Of a stretch of 38,213 nucleotides of DNA, positions 27,659 to 37,519 are shown one piece after another. A program made the translations under genes and the position numbers. The stretch is from Fidelibacterota bacterium (GTDB lineage Bacteria > Fidelibacterota > Fidelibacteria > Fidelibacterales > DSDE01): contig JBJKQR010000061.1 of assembly GCA_046735395.1 (NCBI GenBank), positions 1-38,213 on the forward strand, read 5' to 3'. Numbering within the stretch: position 1 is the first letter of the stretch; each line of letters starts with the position of its first letter. The notes below the pieces were generated by a model. The model saw nothing but the letters and a program-made list of their open reading frames with translations. It ran no database searches and was not told the DNA's origin.

Positions 27659-30600
27659 ATGAAAAGAGTAATGAAGGTTTTAATACTTACCGTCAGCCTG
27701 GCTCTTGCCGTTCAGGCAGCGGAAATACAGTTCGGGTCGTCAGCAGAGGAAAAGGCGATCAAGGACCGGGAACGTATGACGGTTGTGACCCCGAATCCCG
27801 GTTCGGATCCGCTTGTTTCCATTCAGTCCTTTCCGGCACCGGGTTCCATGGTGTCCTCACCCGTAGAGATACAGATCGGGACCGGTACCGCGACCAGTCA
27901 GCATCTGCCGATCGCCCCGTTTTATGGATACAGCTATTCCCAGACGATTTATCTGAAGGAACTCATCGGGACGGCCGGACAGATCAGCGAAATCCGTTAT
28001 CTCTTCGGTGGTGGAGAGATATTTACAGACAGCGTGGATGTCTATATGGGTGAAACTTCTGCAAATTCCTTCATATCCTCCTCGGACTGGCTGCCTCTGA
28101 GTTCGATGACCCGGGTTTATCACGGCGTCCTGACAACGACGCTTGACAGTGGCTGGGTGAGTCTGGTTCTGGATACACCCTTCGACTTCAGCAATACGGC
28201 AAATCTGGTTGTCGCAGTGGATGAAAATACATCCGGATACCACAGCTCCAGTTCGGATTTTCTCTGTACTCAGGATACGGAGTACCGAAGCCTGGTGTAT
28301 TATTCAGATTCAACGAATCCGGATCCTTCGACACCGACTACGGCCACGACATGGGGCTTCTACATCCCGAATATAACACTTGTAGTCAATACCGGCGCTC
28401 CCGCGACAGCGACGCTGACGGGCATGGTCAGCAGCGCCACCACCGGATCGGCCATCGCCGGAGCAACGGTCTCGGTGGCCGGACTGACCGCGACCAGCGG
28501 CTCAGACGGAGTGTATATTATTGAGAATGTTCCCCTCGGAGCACTCATGGCGGATTTTTACGGCAGCCCGCTGACGGGCGATGCCCCGCTGGATGTACAG
28601 TTTACCGATAATTCGGTCAGCAATGCCCAGACCGTGACTGCATCGGCTTCCGGATACATGAATTATACGAATACGCATCTGATTGTATCCGATGCGACGA
28701 CCATCACCTTTGATATTTCACTGAGTCCGGCGCTGACGGCCGGAGCCATGCGCATGGTGCTGAACTGGGATGATAATCCGGCCGATCTGGATTCGCATCT
28801 GAAGACGCCCGATATCGGCGGCCAGACCTACCATGTGTACTACAGCACTCCCGGCTCTTACGATATGAATCCCTATGCCATTCTGGATGTGGATGATCAG
28901 AACGGCTACGGCCCGGAAACGATCACCATTCAGCAGTTTTTTACCGGAACCTATCAGTACTACATTCAGAAATACGCGGGGGCGGAATATCTGTCCCAGT
29001 CCAATGCGGTGGTTCAGATCTACGATATCAATGGCCTGCTTCAGACGGTGAATGTTCCCACCTCCGGAACCGGCAATTACTGGTATGTCTGCGATATTGA
29101 CGGCAGTACCCAGGCAGTGAAGCTGGTGAATCAGATCGTGGATACGGCTCCGGGGCCGGCCGGGAAGGGCCTGGTCGCGAAAAAAACTGACGCACAGATT
29201 CCGCCTGTTCAAAGCACCGCATCGTTTACATACAGCTGGGATTTTGGTGACGGAGGATCTTCGGCGGAACAGAGTCCCCTTCACAGCTACACGGCCGCCG
29301 GAACTTACAGCGTGAGCCTGACGGTTTCGGATGGAAGCAGCAGTGATACCAGGACCCTGACGGATATGATTACGGTCAATGCGGCAACCTCTGCGGTGAC
29401 GGCAGATTTCAGCTCGGACGTTCAGTCGGGCCTGGCTCCGCTCACGGTGAATTTTGTATCACAGTCCACGGGCGATATCAGCAGCTACAGCTGGGACCTG
29501 AATGGAGACGGAGCTGAGGACGCGAATGTGGCCAATCCGAGCTTCACCTATGCTGCGGCGGGCAGCTATGATGTGTCCCTGACGGTGAGTGATGCGCTGG
29601 GGAACGAGGATGTGATGACGAAGAGTGCCTATATCTCTGTGACCGGTGATACGCCGCCTCCGCCCGATTCCCCCTGGACCTGGCTGAACCCTGTACCTCA
29701 GGCCAAATCCATCTGGGAAATGAATTTTGTCAGCTCCACCATCGGCTATGCCGTGGGAATGGACGGGCTGGCCATGAAGACGGTGGACGCGGGCAACAGC
29801 TGGACAGTTCTGGATTTCGGCCGCAGTGAAGATCTCTATTCCATGAGCTTCATCAATGCCACGACCGGATATATGGGCGGTGAAAACGGCCTGTTCATGA
29901 AGACCACGGACGGCGGACTGACTACGGAAGTTCTGGCCAAACCGTCCAGTTATATCATCAATGATATGCAGTTTCTGGATGTGAATACAGGATTCGCCGT
30001 ATCCGACTATGGAATTATTTCCAAAACGGTGGATGGGGGACAGTCCTGGACGTCCCCGGTGAGCAATGCGGGTACCAATTCCCTGCAGACGGTGTTCTTT
30101 CTCGACAGCAATACGGGATTTGCAGCCGGCGGTAACTCCAGTTCATCGTCAGTTCTCGTTAAAACGACGGATGGCGGTGCGACCTGGACCCCTATTGCAC
30201 TTCCCATCACTTATCGGATCAATGACCTCTTCTTCGTGAACAGCAACGTGGGCTATGCCGGCGGATATTACGGAAAGATGATCAAGACCACAGACGGCGG
30301 CGCCACCTGGACAGAGGTGGCCACATCCGTGTACCAGACCATCTATGACATTGAATTCTTCGATGAAAATAATGGTGTCATATCCTGTGAATATTACTGG
30401 TACATCACGCATGACGGCGGCCTCACCTGGACTACAACAAAGAACATTTCCGGATTTCCGGGCTATACCATGGCCTTCGCCGACACGCAGAACGGCTATG
30501 TGGGCGGATTTTACGGCCATATGCTGAAGACCACCGACGGAGGAACTACCTGGAATTTCGCAAACAGTGTCTCAACGGAATCGCTGTTTGACATTTCCTA

Positions 30601-33133
30601 TTTAGATGATCAGAATGCGGTCATCGCCGGAGCTTACGGAACCGCGCTTGTGTCTCAGGATGGCGGCCTCACCTGGCAGCGGCAGAATGTGGGAGATAAT
30701 TACAATTATCTGCGCCACGCCCTGTATACCACTGAACCGGTGACGGGCAATCCGCTCATCATGCTCTGCGGGGATTACGGAAAAATCTTCAAGTCCGGCG
30801 ATAAGGGCCAGACATGGTCCTCCATTCAGACCTCTTCGGCAAGTACTCTCTACAGCCTGGTTAATCCTGCCGACAATGTATTCTATGCAGCCGGATATGC
30901 GGGAAAGGTAACCAAGAGTACGGATGGCGGCGTGACCTGGAGTGATATTTCCACAAGTTATACGAATTATATCTATGATCTCCATTTCTTCGACGCCCTG
31001 AACGGCCTGGCCGTGGGCGGCTATTACGGAGATTCGAAAGTATATCGAACCATCGATGGCGGAGTGACCTGGACAGATCTGGCCGTAAGCTGGGCCAAAG
31101 CCTGCCGGTCGGTTTATTTTGTCGATAACCTGACAGGATTCATTGCCGGAGATGATGGCCTGATCATGAAAACGACGGATGGCGGTGCTACCTGGACGGA
31201 TGAATCCGTATCCACTATTAATGATTTCTATGACATTAGCTTTGTCAACGCAACCCAGGGTTTTGCGGCCGGATCGAGCGGCCTGTTTTACGGCACTCAG
31301 AACGGCGGAACGAGCTGGGAAGCAATTCCGATGGATTTCGGGCCCTACTTTTATGCGGCTGAATATCGGAATGATGCCCTCACGCTGGTTGGCATGACCG
31401 GGACGATCTCACGCTACACGCCCACGCTGCAGCCGCTTCCACTTACTGCGAATTTTACAGCTGATGTGACCTCCGGAACCGCGCCGCTGACGGTGCAGTT
31501 CACGGATCAGTCCACAGGAGACGTGGCCGGATACAGCTGGGATCTGGATGGTGACGGAAGTGAAGATGCGACCGTGGCCAATCCGAGCTTTACCTATGTT
31601 TCAGCCGGAAGCTATGATGTGACGCTCACCGTCCGGGATGCACAGAATGCCGGGAACGTGATGACGAAGAGCGCCTATATTACCGTGACAGCGGCGGTTC
31701 AGATGCCGGTCGCGGATTTTTCGGCAGATCTCACCCGAGGCCCGGCACCGCTGACGGTTCAGTTCACGGACCTCAGCAGCGGAGACCCGACAACGCTGCA
31801 ATGGACCTTTGGTGACGGAGAAAGCAGCACGACTGCAAATCCCCTCCATACTTATCTTCTGCCGGGAGCTTACACGGTGAGCCTGACCGCCGCAAATACA
31901 AGCGGCGACTCAACGCTGGTCCGTGAACAGTATATCCTGGTGACGAAACATCAGTCCATTGCTCTGGAGCAGGGGTGGAACTGGTTCTCCATGAATCTGA
32001 AACCTCTTGATCCCCGGCCCGATTCCGTTCTGGCCTCCCTGGCCGCCAACGGTTCCATGGTGAAATCCCAGTTCAAATATGCCAATCAGAGCGGCAATGC
32101 CTGGATTGGAGAGCTGGATTCGATCAAGGCCGGCCCGTCATACATGATTCGCATGACGAACCGCGATACGCTGCAGGTCGATGGCCTGCCCCTGCCGATA
32201 TTGGCCGGTGTTCCCGTTGACAGTGGCTGGAACTGGATCGGTTTCACCGGTGAGGTGGCGACGCCCCTAAATAATTCCATCGCTGCGGCCGGTTCCTTTG
32301 CCACCTTCATCAAGAGCCAGTTCGGGTTTGCCTATTATTATCCGGGTTACGGATGGTACGGGTCTCTGGCTAATCTTGAACCGGGACTGGGGTACAAGAT
32401 GATGGCTGTCGCACCGGGAACGGTTCATTTTATGGAAATGGTGAAAAAATCCGCGCAGACCGATATTCTGCCGGTGCTTGCGGCAGCCGATTACGGAATA
32501 AATCCGCATGCCTACATGTCCGGAATGTCAGTCGTCGGGACTGTGAAGATGCCCAACGGTGACGCCCTGAATGAAAACACGGTTATTCTGGCCCGGTCGG
32601 GAGACAGCGTACGGGGCGCGGCCCTGCTTCACGAATCACCCTTCGGAAACGGCCTGATTTTTACCATGACCGTTTATGGAAACGAGCAGGAAGCGCTCAG
32701 CTTTGAGATTCGAAAGGATGAGGGTCTGGTGGGACGTATTGACGGCGCGATGAGCTTCACTCCGGATGGCATGATCGGAACTGCGCTGGCCCCCTTTGAA
32801 CTGGCGCTTCAGGTCACCGGATTGTCGGAAAGCTATCTGCCGGAAAATTACAGCCTGTCGCAGAATTATCCGAATCCCTTCAATCCGGTCACCCATATCT
32901 CCTATGGATTGCCGGAAAATGCGGACGTCGTCCTGACCCTGTACAGCATCAGCGGACAGAAGGTGCGGACCCTGCTGAACGGGAAACAGCCGGCCGGCTG
33001 GTATTCCCTCGAATGGGATGCCCGCAATGACGCCGGTATCAGGCTGGCCACCGGTATCTACATCTGCCGTATCATCGCGAAGGGTGAAAACAGGACCTTC
33101 TCCAAAGTAATTAAAATGGCTTATTTGAAATAA
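27659..33133 (+). CDS. 1824-aa secreted protein: CarboxypepD_reg-like, YfaP/DUF2135-like, 4 PKD, twin YCF48/BNR beta-propellers, T9SS-A/FlgD-Ig C-terminal domain
   Basis: Start reassigned to MKRVMKVLILTVSLALAVQA (GGAG RBS); LNWDDNPADLDSH...LDVDDQNGYGPETITI; WDFGDG/WDLxGDG PKD motifs; 13 TxDGGxTW Asp-boxes; LSQNYPNPFNP...GIYICRI...KMAYLK. Confidence 0.9.
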   Translation: MKRVMKVLILTVSLALAVQAAEIQFGSSAEEKAIKDRERMTVVTPNPGSDPLVSIQSFPAPGSMVSSPVEIQIGTGTATSQHLPIAPFYGYSYSQTIYLKELIGTAGQISEIRYLFGGGEIFTDSVDVYMGETSANSFISSSDWLPLSSMTRVYHGVLTTTLDSGWVSLVLDTPFDFSNTANLVVAVDENTSGYHSSSSDFLCTQDTEYRSLVYYSDSTNPDPSTPTTATTWGFYIPNITLVVNTGAPATATLTGMVSSATTGSAIAGATVSVAGLTATSGSDGVYIIENVPLGALMADFYGSPLTGDAPLDVQFTDNSVSNAQTVTASASGYMNYTNTHLIVSDATTITFDISLSPALTAGAMRMVLNWDDNPADLDSHLKTPDIGGQTYHVYYSTPGSYDMNPYAILDVDDQNGYGPETITIQQFFTGTYQYYIQKYAGAEYLSQSNAVVQIYDINGLLQTVNVPTSGTGNYWYVCDIDGSTQAVKLVNQIVDTAPGPAGKGLVAKKTDAQIPPVQSTASFTYSWDFGDGGSSAEQSPLHSYTAAGTYSVSLTVSDGSSSDTRTLTDMITVNAATSAVTADFSSDVQSGLAPLTVNFVSQSTGDISSYSWDLNGDGAEDANVANPSFTYAAAGSYDVSLTVSDALGNEDVMTKSAYISVTGDTPPPPDSPWTWLNPVPQAKSIWEMNFVSSTIGYAVGMDGLAMKTVDAGNSWTVLDFGRSEDLYSMSFINATTGYMGGENGLFMKTTDGGLTTEVLAKPSSYIINDMQFLDVNTGFAVSDYGIISKTVDGGQSWTSPVSNAGTNSLQTVFFLDSNTGFAAGGNSSSSSVLVKTTDGGATWTPIALPITYRINDLFFVNSNVGYAGGYYGKMIKTTDGGATWTEVATSVYQTIYDIEFFDENNGVISCEYYWYITHDGGLTWTTTKNISGFPGYTMAFADTQNGYVGGFYGHMLKTTDGGTTWNFANSVSTESLFDISYLDDQNAVIAGAYGTALVSQDGGLTWQRQNVGDNYNYLRHALYTTEPVTGNPLIMLCGDYGKIFKSGDKGQTWSSIQTSSASTLYSLVNPADNVFYAAGYAGKVTKSTDGGVTWSDISTSYTNYIYDLHFFDALNGLAVGGYYGDSKVYRTIDGGVTWTDLAVSWAKACRSVYFVDNLTGFIAGDDGLIMKTTDGGATWTDESVSTINDFYDISFVNATQGFAAGSSGLFYGTQNGGTSWEAIPMDFGPYFYAAEYRNDALTLVGMTGTISRYTPTLQPLPLTANFTADVTSGTAPLTVQFTDQSTGDVAGYSWDLDGDGSEDATVANPSFTYVSAGSYDVTLTVRDAQNAGNVMTKSAYITVTAAVQMPVADFSADLTRGPAPLTVQFTDLSSGDPTTLQWTFGDGESSTTANPLHTYLLPGAYTVSLTAANTSGDSTLVREQYILVTKHQSIALEQGWNWFSMNLKPLDPRPDSVLASLAANGSMVKSQFKYANQSGNAWIGELDSIKAGPSYMIRMTNRDTLQVDGLPLPILAGVPVDSGWNWIGFTGEVATPLNNSIAAAGSFATFIKSQFGFAYYYPGYGWYGSLANLEPGLGYKMMAVAPGTVHFMEMVKKSAQTDILPVLAAADYGINPHAYMSGMSVVGTVKMPNGDALNENTVILARSGDSVRGAALLHESPFGNGLIFTMTVYGNEQEALSFEIRKDEGLVGRIDGAMSFTPDGMIGTALAPFELALQVTGLSESYLPENYSLSQNYPNPFNPVTHISYGLPENADVVLTLYSISGQKVRTLLNGKQPAGWYSLEWDARNDAGIRLATGIYICRIIAKGENRTFSKVIKMAYLK

Positions 33134-33173
33134 TGCGCTGCAAACCCACAACAAATAAGCCAAGAGGTTACGT

Positions 33174-36100
33174 ATGTTAAAGAAAATATTAATCATAACG
33201 ATGCTGGCAATTGGCCTGCAGGCTCAGGCCCCCGACTGGGCTGTGAATGCCCATGATTTTGAATACAGCGCCTCTCTGGTCGGCCAGGTCCGTCAGGACG
33301 CGGATGTGCTGGATGATGCCTCGGCTCTCATTTCCGCCTGGAATGGCAGCCAGATCTGCGGTGTGGCGGCCATGGAACACTTCGCGGTGAATGGCCAACC
33401 CGGGTTTATCATGACCCTCTATTCAAATGCGAATGGAAATGAAATATCCTTCAAATATTATGACTCGGTTGCGGATACGGTGCTTCCGGTGGCAGAGAAC
33501 CTGATTTTTCAGGAGAACGCGCTCTGGGGTGACTTTGATCAGCCGAAATCTGTCCGGGTCATGACGCCTGATCCGGAATGGAATATCAATCCTCATCAGT
33601 TCGAATTCGACATGTCGGTGACGGCGGTGCTGAATTTCGACGGTGTCGAATCCCGGAATTCATCGGACGCGGTGGCCGCCTACATCGGAGCTGCGCTGGC
33701 GGGCACGGCTCGGCCGGTTTATTACCCCGACCTTGACCGATATGTCTGTTCCATGCCCGTGTACAGCAATGCCACGTCCGGACAGGTCAGCTTTCGCCTC
33801 TATGATTCGGAAAATGGATTTCTGCATAATGCGGTAAATACACTGGACTTTGCGGTCAATGGCCAGGCCGGGGATTATTTCAATCCTTGGGTCATCAGCA
33901 CCACGACTCAGTTTCAGGTGGATTTCAGTGCAGATATCACATCCGGATACCTGCCCCTGCCTGTGCAGTTTACGGCGCTGGCTGAGGGTGCGGCTGCCTG
34001 GGCCTGGGATTTTGGCGACGGCAGCACGAGCCAGGAAGAGAATCCGCTTCATACGTATCAGGAAGCCGGAATCTTCACCGTCAGTCTCACAGCGGATAAT
34101 GGGACCGAACAGAAAATGATGACGAAAACCGGATATATTCAGGTTCAGCAGGGAGAAAACGGAAACTGGGATGCCCCCTATGCCCTGCTTCGCGGAACGG
34201 CGGAAGCGGACATCGTGGTGCGCACCGGAGATATTGACAACCTGGGATTCGGCTGGGGCAGCAATTATGATCCCTTCAGCGGCGAAACAGGCTCCAGCCA
34301 CAGCTGGCCCTTCACCACGGAAGCAGATGATCCGGCAGGTACGGATACGATCATGGTGCCGTCCTCATTCACCGGTGACTTCCGGGACGGCTACTCCCAG
34401 ACCGTGACGCCGCCCTATGACCGCTTTTTTCCCGAAGACATTGTTCTTACCTATGATCTGGCCGGTGTCTCCATTCACGACCTGACGCTTCAGCTCTTTG
34501 TGGATGACTTTCAGGCGCCAAGCTGGGGCACGAAATTCCAGGTCAGCATTGACGGCCAGCGGATTCCCGAACTGGAGGCCCTGATCAATGGGCTGGATCA
34601 GACCGGGCCGGTGGGAAAAATGATTACCTTCGTCCTGCCTCCGGCGTATTACCCGCTGTTCAGCGACGGCAGAGCCGCCCTGCTTATCGACGATCCGGTT
34701 ACCGGCGTGGGGGATGGCTTCGCCCTCGATTTTGTACGGCTCCTCGTCAATACGAAGACGATCAGCAATACGGGAACGATGACAGGCTATGTGAAGGACG
34801 GCGCGGGTACAGGTGTTTCCGGTGCCGTCGTGTCTGCCTCGGGTGTGTCGGATACGACGCAGGCGGACGGACAGTATGTATTGAACGGAGTTCCGGCAGG
34901 ACTGGTTCTGCTTACGGTTCAGGCTCCGGGTTTTGAATATTATACCCAGTATCACGATCTGGCGAAGGATCAGACTCTGCAGCTGGATGTGGTCCTGACT
35001 TCGGGAGGGCTGACTCCGGATTTCAGCGTCTCTCAACGCTTTGGTGATGCGCCGCTTACGGTGCAGTTTACGGATCTCACGTCCGGTGACGTGGCCTCCC
35101 GCAGCTGGGATTTCGGCGACGGCAGTACAGGGTCCGGCCCGGGTCCTGTTCACAGCTATACGGATACGGGATATTTCGATGTAAGCCTCACCGTAACATC
35201 TTCCACCGGATCGGAAAATTCCGTGACGAAGGAAAAATATATCCATGTCACCCAGCCCTATATTCCCGGCGATGAACCGGAGGGCTGGTTCTGGCAGAAT
35301 CCTCTGCCTCACGGGCTGACGCTGAACTCGGTAGCGGCACCCGATGCAAACACCCTCATCGCGGTGGGAAATAACGGACTGATACAGGTGTCGGACGATG
35401 GCGGCCAGTCCTGGACGTTTTCCGAGTCTCCCGTCGATGAAAGCCTGCTGGATGTCTTTTTTATCAATTCGTCCACAGGATGGATCGTGGGCAGCGGCGG
35501 CTGCATACTGAAAAGCAGCGACGGCGGACACAGCTGGGTGCAGCTGAACAGCGGAACGGCCGTGGCGCTGGATGCGGTCTGGTTTACGGATGATCTGCAC
35601 GGCTGGGCGGGCGGAACGCCGTCCTGGTCCGATTCGGATCATGCGCTGATGCGCACGCAGGATGGCGGAAATAGCTGGGAGGCCCTGAATGCTTCGGCGG
35701 CCACATCCACCCAGGTCTATGATCTCTGTTTTGTGAATTCATCGACCGGATGGGCGGTGACAAAAGGGGACAGCTGGTATTCGAGTGAAGCCCCCAGAGT
35801 TCTGAAAACGACCGATGGCGGCCAGACCTGGTCTGTCCAGTATGAAGAAAGTGCAGACTATTCCCTCGAACTCAGGGCTGTACATTTCATTGATGCGAAC
35901 CGGGGCTGGATCGGCCGTTACGATGGTAGTGTCCTGAAAACCACGGATGGCGGATCAAACTGGACCGTTGTGGACGCCGGAATATTCCGCAGCTATACCA
36001 TCCAGTTTGCAGCAGACGGGCTTCATGGCTGGACGGCCGGCCAGAACGGCGGCTACGCCTATACGACGGATGGCGGCCAGACCTGGCAGACGGCGAATCA

Positions 36101-37415
36101 TAGCAATACGGTGACTCACCTGGCTTTTGCCGGAACGGCCACCGGTTATATAGTGGGAGAACGGGGACTGTGCAAAAAGAGTAATGACGGCGGAGTGACC
36201 TGGCTGTCACTGCAGAAAATCAATCCGGCATCGGATGTGAATGATCTGCTTTTTGTGAATTCGGGCCGGGGCTGGGCTGTGGGAGCACAGAATATCGGCA
36301 TGTACGGCGACATATTCCGCAGTGACGACGGCGGGAACAGCTGGAATACCATCAATACCGGACTCTCGGGCACGACCGATTTCAATGATATCCTGATGAC
36401 ACCGGACGGGGCCCTCATGATCGTGGGAGACTGGGATATCTACGGAAGCGGCGAAGCGGTCATGCTGCGCTCGGATGATGACGGCCAGACCTGGACCGGT
36501 ATCAGCAATGGCGTCAAGGCCAACCTGAATAAGGTCGTATTCACGGATGCGCAGACAGCCTGGGCCATCGGCGGATCCTACAGCGGCAGCGCCATGAGCA
36601 AATCTGAGGACGGCGGAAACACCTGGACGGCCATGACCTGTCCGGTGGCTACGGAGCTGCGGGATCTGGTCTTTATCGATGCCATGAATATCTGGATCGC
36701 GGCCAGCGGAACGAAGCTGCTGCATACGACGGACGGCGGCGCGAACTGGACCGTCCTGACCGGCCCGGCCGCCTATGGGGATTATACACGGCTGGACCGC
36801 ATCGGCGCCGATACGCTCTTCGTCTCGTCCGGATCCTCCCTCTACCGAAGCGTGGATGCGGGAGCAAACTGGCTGAAAGTTCAGGCCTTCCCGCAGACGG
36901 TCACCGATATGCAGTTTGTCTCACAGACGGGGTGGGTGGCGACCTATGGCGGCATCTATATGACGGAAGACGGCGGTGAATCCTGGGTTCCTCAGGTCGA
37001 GGCCGATAATCTCAATCTCTACACCCTGTGTTTTATCAATAATACGGTGGGATGGGCCGGCGGAAGCGGCGGAAAAGTGCTGAAAACCTCCACGGCCGGC
37101 CGGGTACTGACCGGAATCGGGGAGACGCCCTATGAAAGCACGACGCAGCCGACCGCATTCAGTCTGAGGCAGAATTACCCCAATCCCTTCAATCCGCAGA
37201 CGACCATCAGTTTCGACCTTCCTGCGGCGGGGCCGGTTCGCCTTGCTGTTTTTGATCTGAGAGGACGGAAACTTCTCGAACCCGTGAACGCCTTCCTGCA
37301 GCCCGGCCGATATTCGGTGGTGGTCAATGCCGGACATCTGAGCAGCGGGCTCTACCTCTATCAGCTTCAGGCCGGCGGACTGACGGAAATCCGGAAGATG
37401 ACCGTTTTGAAATAA
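33174..37415 (+). CDS. 1413-aa secreted protein: 2 NxH(D/Q)F domains, 2 PKD, unknown domain, CarboxypepD_reg-like, twin YCF48/BNR propellers, T9SS-A C-terminal domain
   Basis: Signal peptide; WDFGDG x2; 13 (S/T)xDGGx(S/T)W boxes; LRQNYPNPFNP...SGLYLYQL...RKMTVLK; GAGG RBS. Confidence 0.9.
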   Translation: MLKKILIITMLAIGLQAQAPDWAVNAHDFEYSASLVGQVRQDADVLDDASALISAWNGSQICGVAAMEHFAVNGQPGFIMTLYSNANGNEISFKYYDSVADTVLPVAENLIFQENALWGDFDQPKSVRVMTPDPEWNINPHQFEFDMSVTAVLNFDGVESRNSSDAVAAYIGAALAGTARPVYYPDLDRYVCSMPVYSNATSGQVSFRLYDSENGFLHNAVNTLDFAVNGQAGDYFNPWVISTTTQFQVDFSADITSGYLPLPVQFTALAEGAAAWAWDFGDGSTSQEENPLHTYQEAGIFTVSLTADNGTEQKMMTKTGYIQVQQGENGNWDAPYALLRGTAEADIVVRTGDIDNLGFGWGSNYDPFSGETGSSHSWPFTTEADDPAGTDTIMVPSSFTGDFRDGYSQTVTPPYDRFFPEDIVLTYDLAGVSIHDLTLQLFVDDFQAPSWGTKFQVSIDGQRIPELEALINGLDQTGPVGKMITFVLPPAYYPLFSDGRAALLIDDPVTGVGDGFALDFVRLLVNTKTISNTGTMTGYVKDGAGTGVSGAVVSASGVSDTTQADGQYVLNGVPAGLVLLTVQAPGFEYYTQYHDLAKDQTLQLDVVLTSGGLTPDFSVSQRFGDAPLTVQFTDLTSGDVASRSWDFGDGSTGSGPGPVHSYTDTGYFDVSLTVTSSTGSENSVTKEKYIHVTQPYIPGDEPEGWFWQNPLPHGLTLNSVAAPDANTLIAVGNNGLIQVSDDGGQSWTFSESPVDESLLDVFFINSSTGWIVGSGGCILKSSDGGHSWVQLNSGTAVALDAVWFTDDLHGWAGGTPSWSDSDHALMRTQDGGNSWEALNASAATSTQVYDLCFVNSSTGWAVTKGDSWYSSEAPRVLKTTDGGQTWSVQYEESADYSLELRAVHFIDANRGWIGRYDGSVLKTTDGGSNWTVVDAGIFRSYTIQFAADGLHGWTAGQNGGYAYTTDGGQTWQTANHSNTVTHLAFAGTATGYIVGERGLCKKSNDGGVTWLSLQKINPASDVNDLLFVNSGRGWAVGAQNIGMYGDIFRSDDGGNSWNTINTGLSGTTDFNDILMTPDGALMIVGDWDIYGSGEAVMLRSDDDGQTWTGISNGVKANLNKVVFTDAQTAWAIGGSYSGSAMSKSEDGGNTWTAMTCPVATELRDLVFIDAMNIWIAASGTKLLHTTDGGANWTVLTGPAAYGDYTRLDRIGADTLFVSSGSSLYRSVDAGANWLKVQAFPQTVTDMQFVSQTGWVATYGGIYMTEDGGESWVPQVEADNLNLYTLCFINNTVGWAGGSGGKVLKTSTAGRVLTGIGETPYESTTQPTAFSLRQNYPNPFNPQTTISFDLPAAGPVRLAVFDLRGRKLLEPVNAFLQPGRYSVVVNAGHLSSGLYLYQLQAGGLTEIRKMTVLK

Positions 37416-37441
37416 TTGCTGCCGATAGCAGTAAAAAGGGG

Positions 37442-37472
37442 AAAGACGGTCTTCGGGCCGTCTTTTTTTTTT
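37442..37472 (+). terminator. Rho-independent terminator of the sigma54 operon
   Basis: AAAGACGGTC-TTCG-GGCCGTCTTT hairpin (UUCG tetraloop) followed by a long T run. Confidence 0.92.
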
Positions 37473-37519
37473 ATGGGGGAATGGTTTCCCCCTGGGCTGA
37501 GCTGTCCGCCGAGCCCGCA

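Noticed and set aside
29675..31420. Photosystem II assembly factor or sialidase/xyloglucanase call for the YCF48/BNR propellers
   Set aside because: Asp-boxes indicate fold only; no sialidase RIP motif or other catalytic signature was recognised, and there is no photosynthesis context
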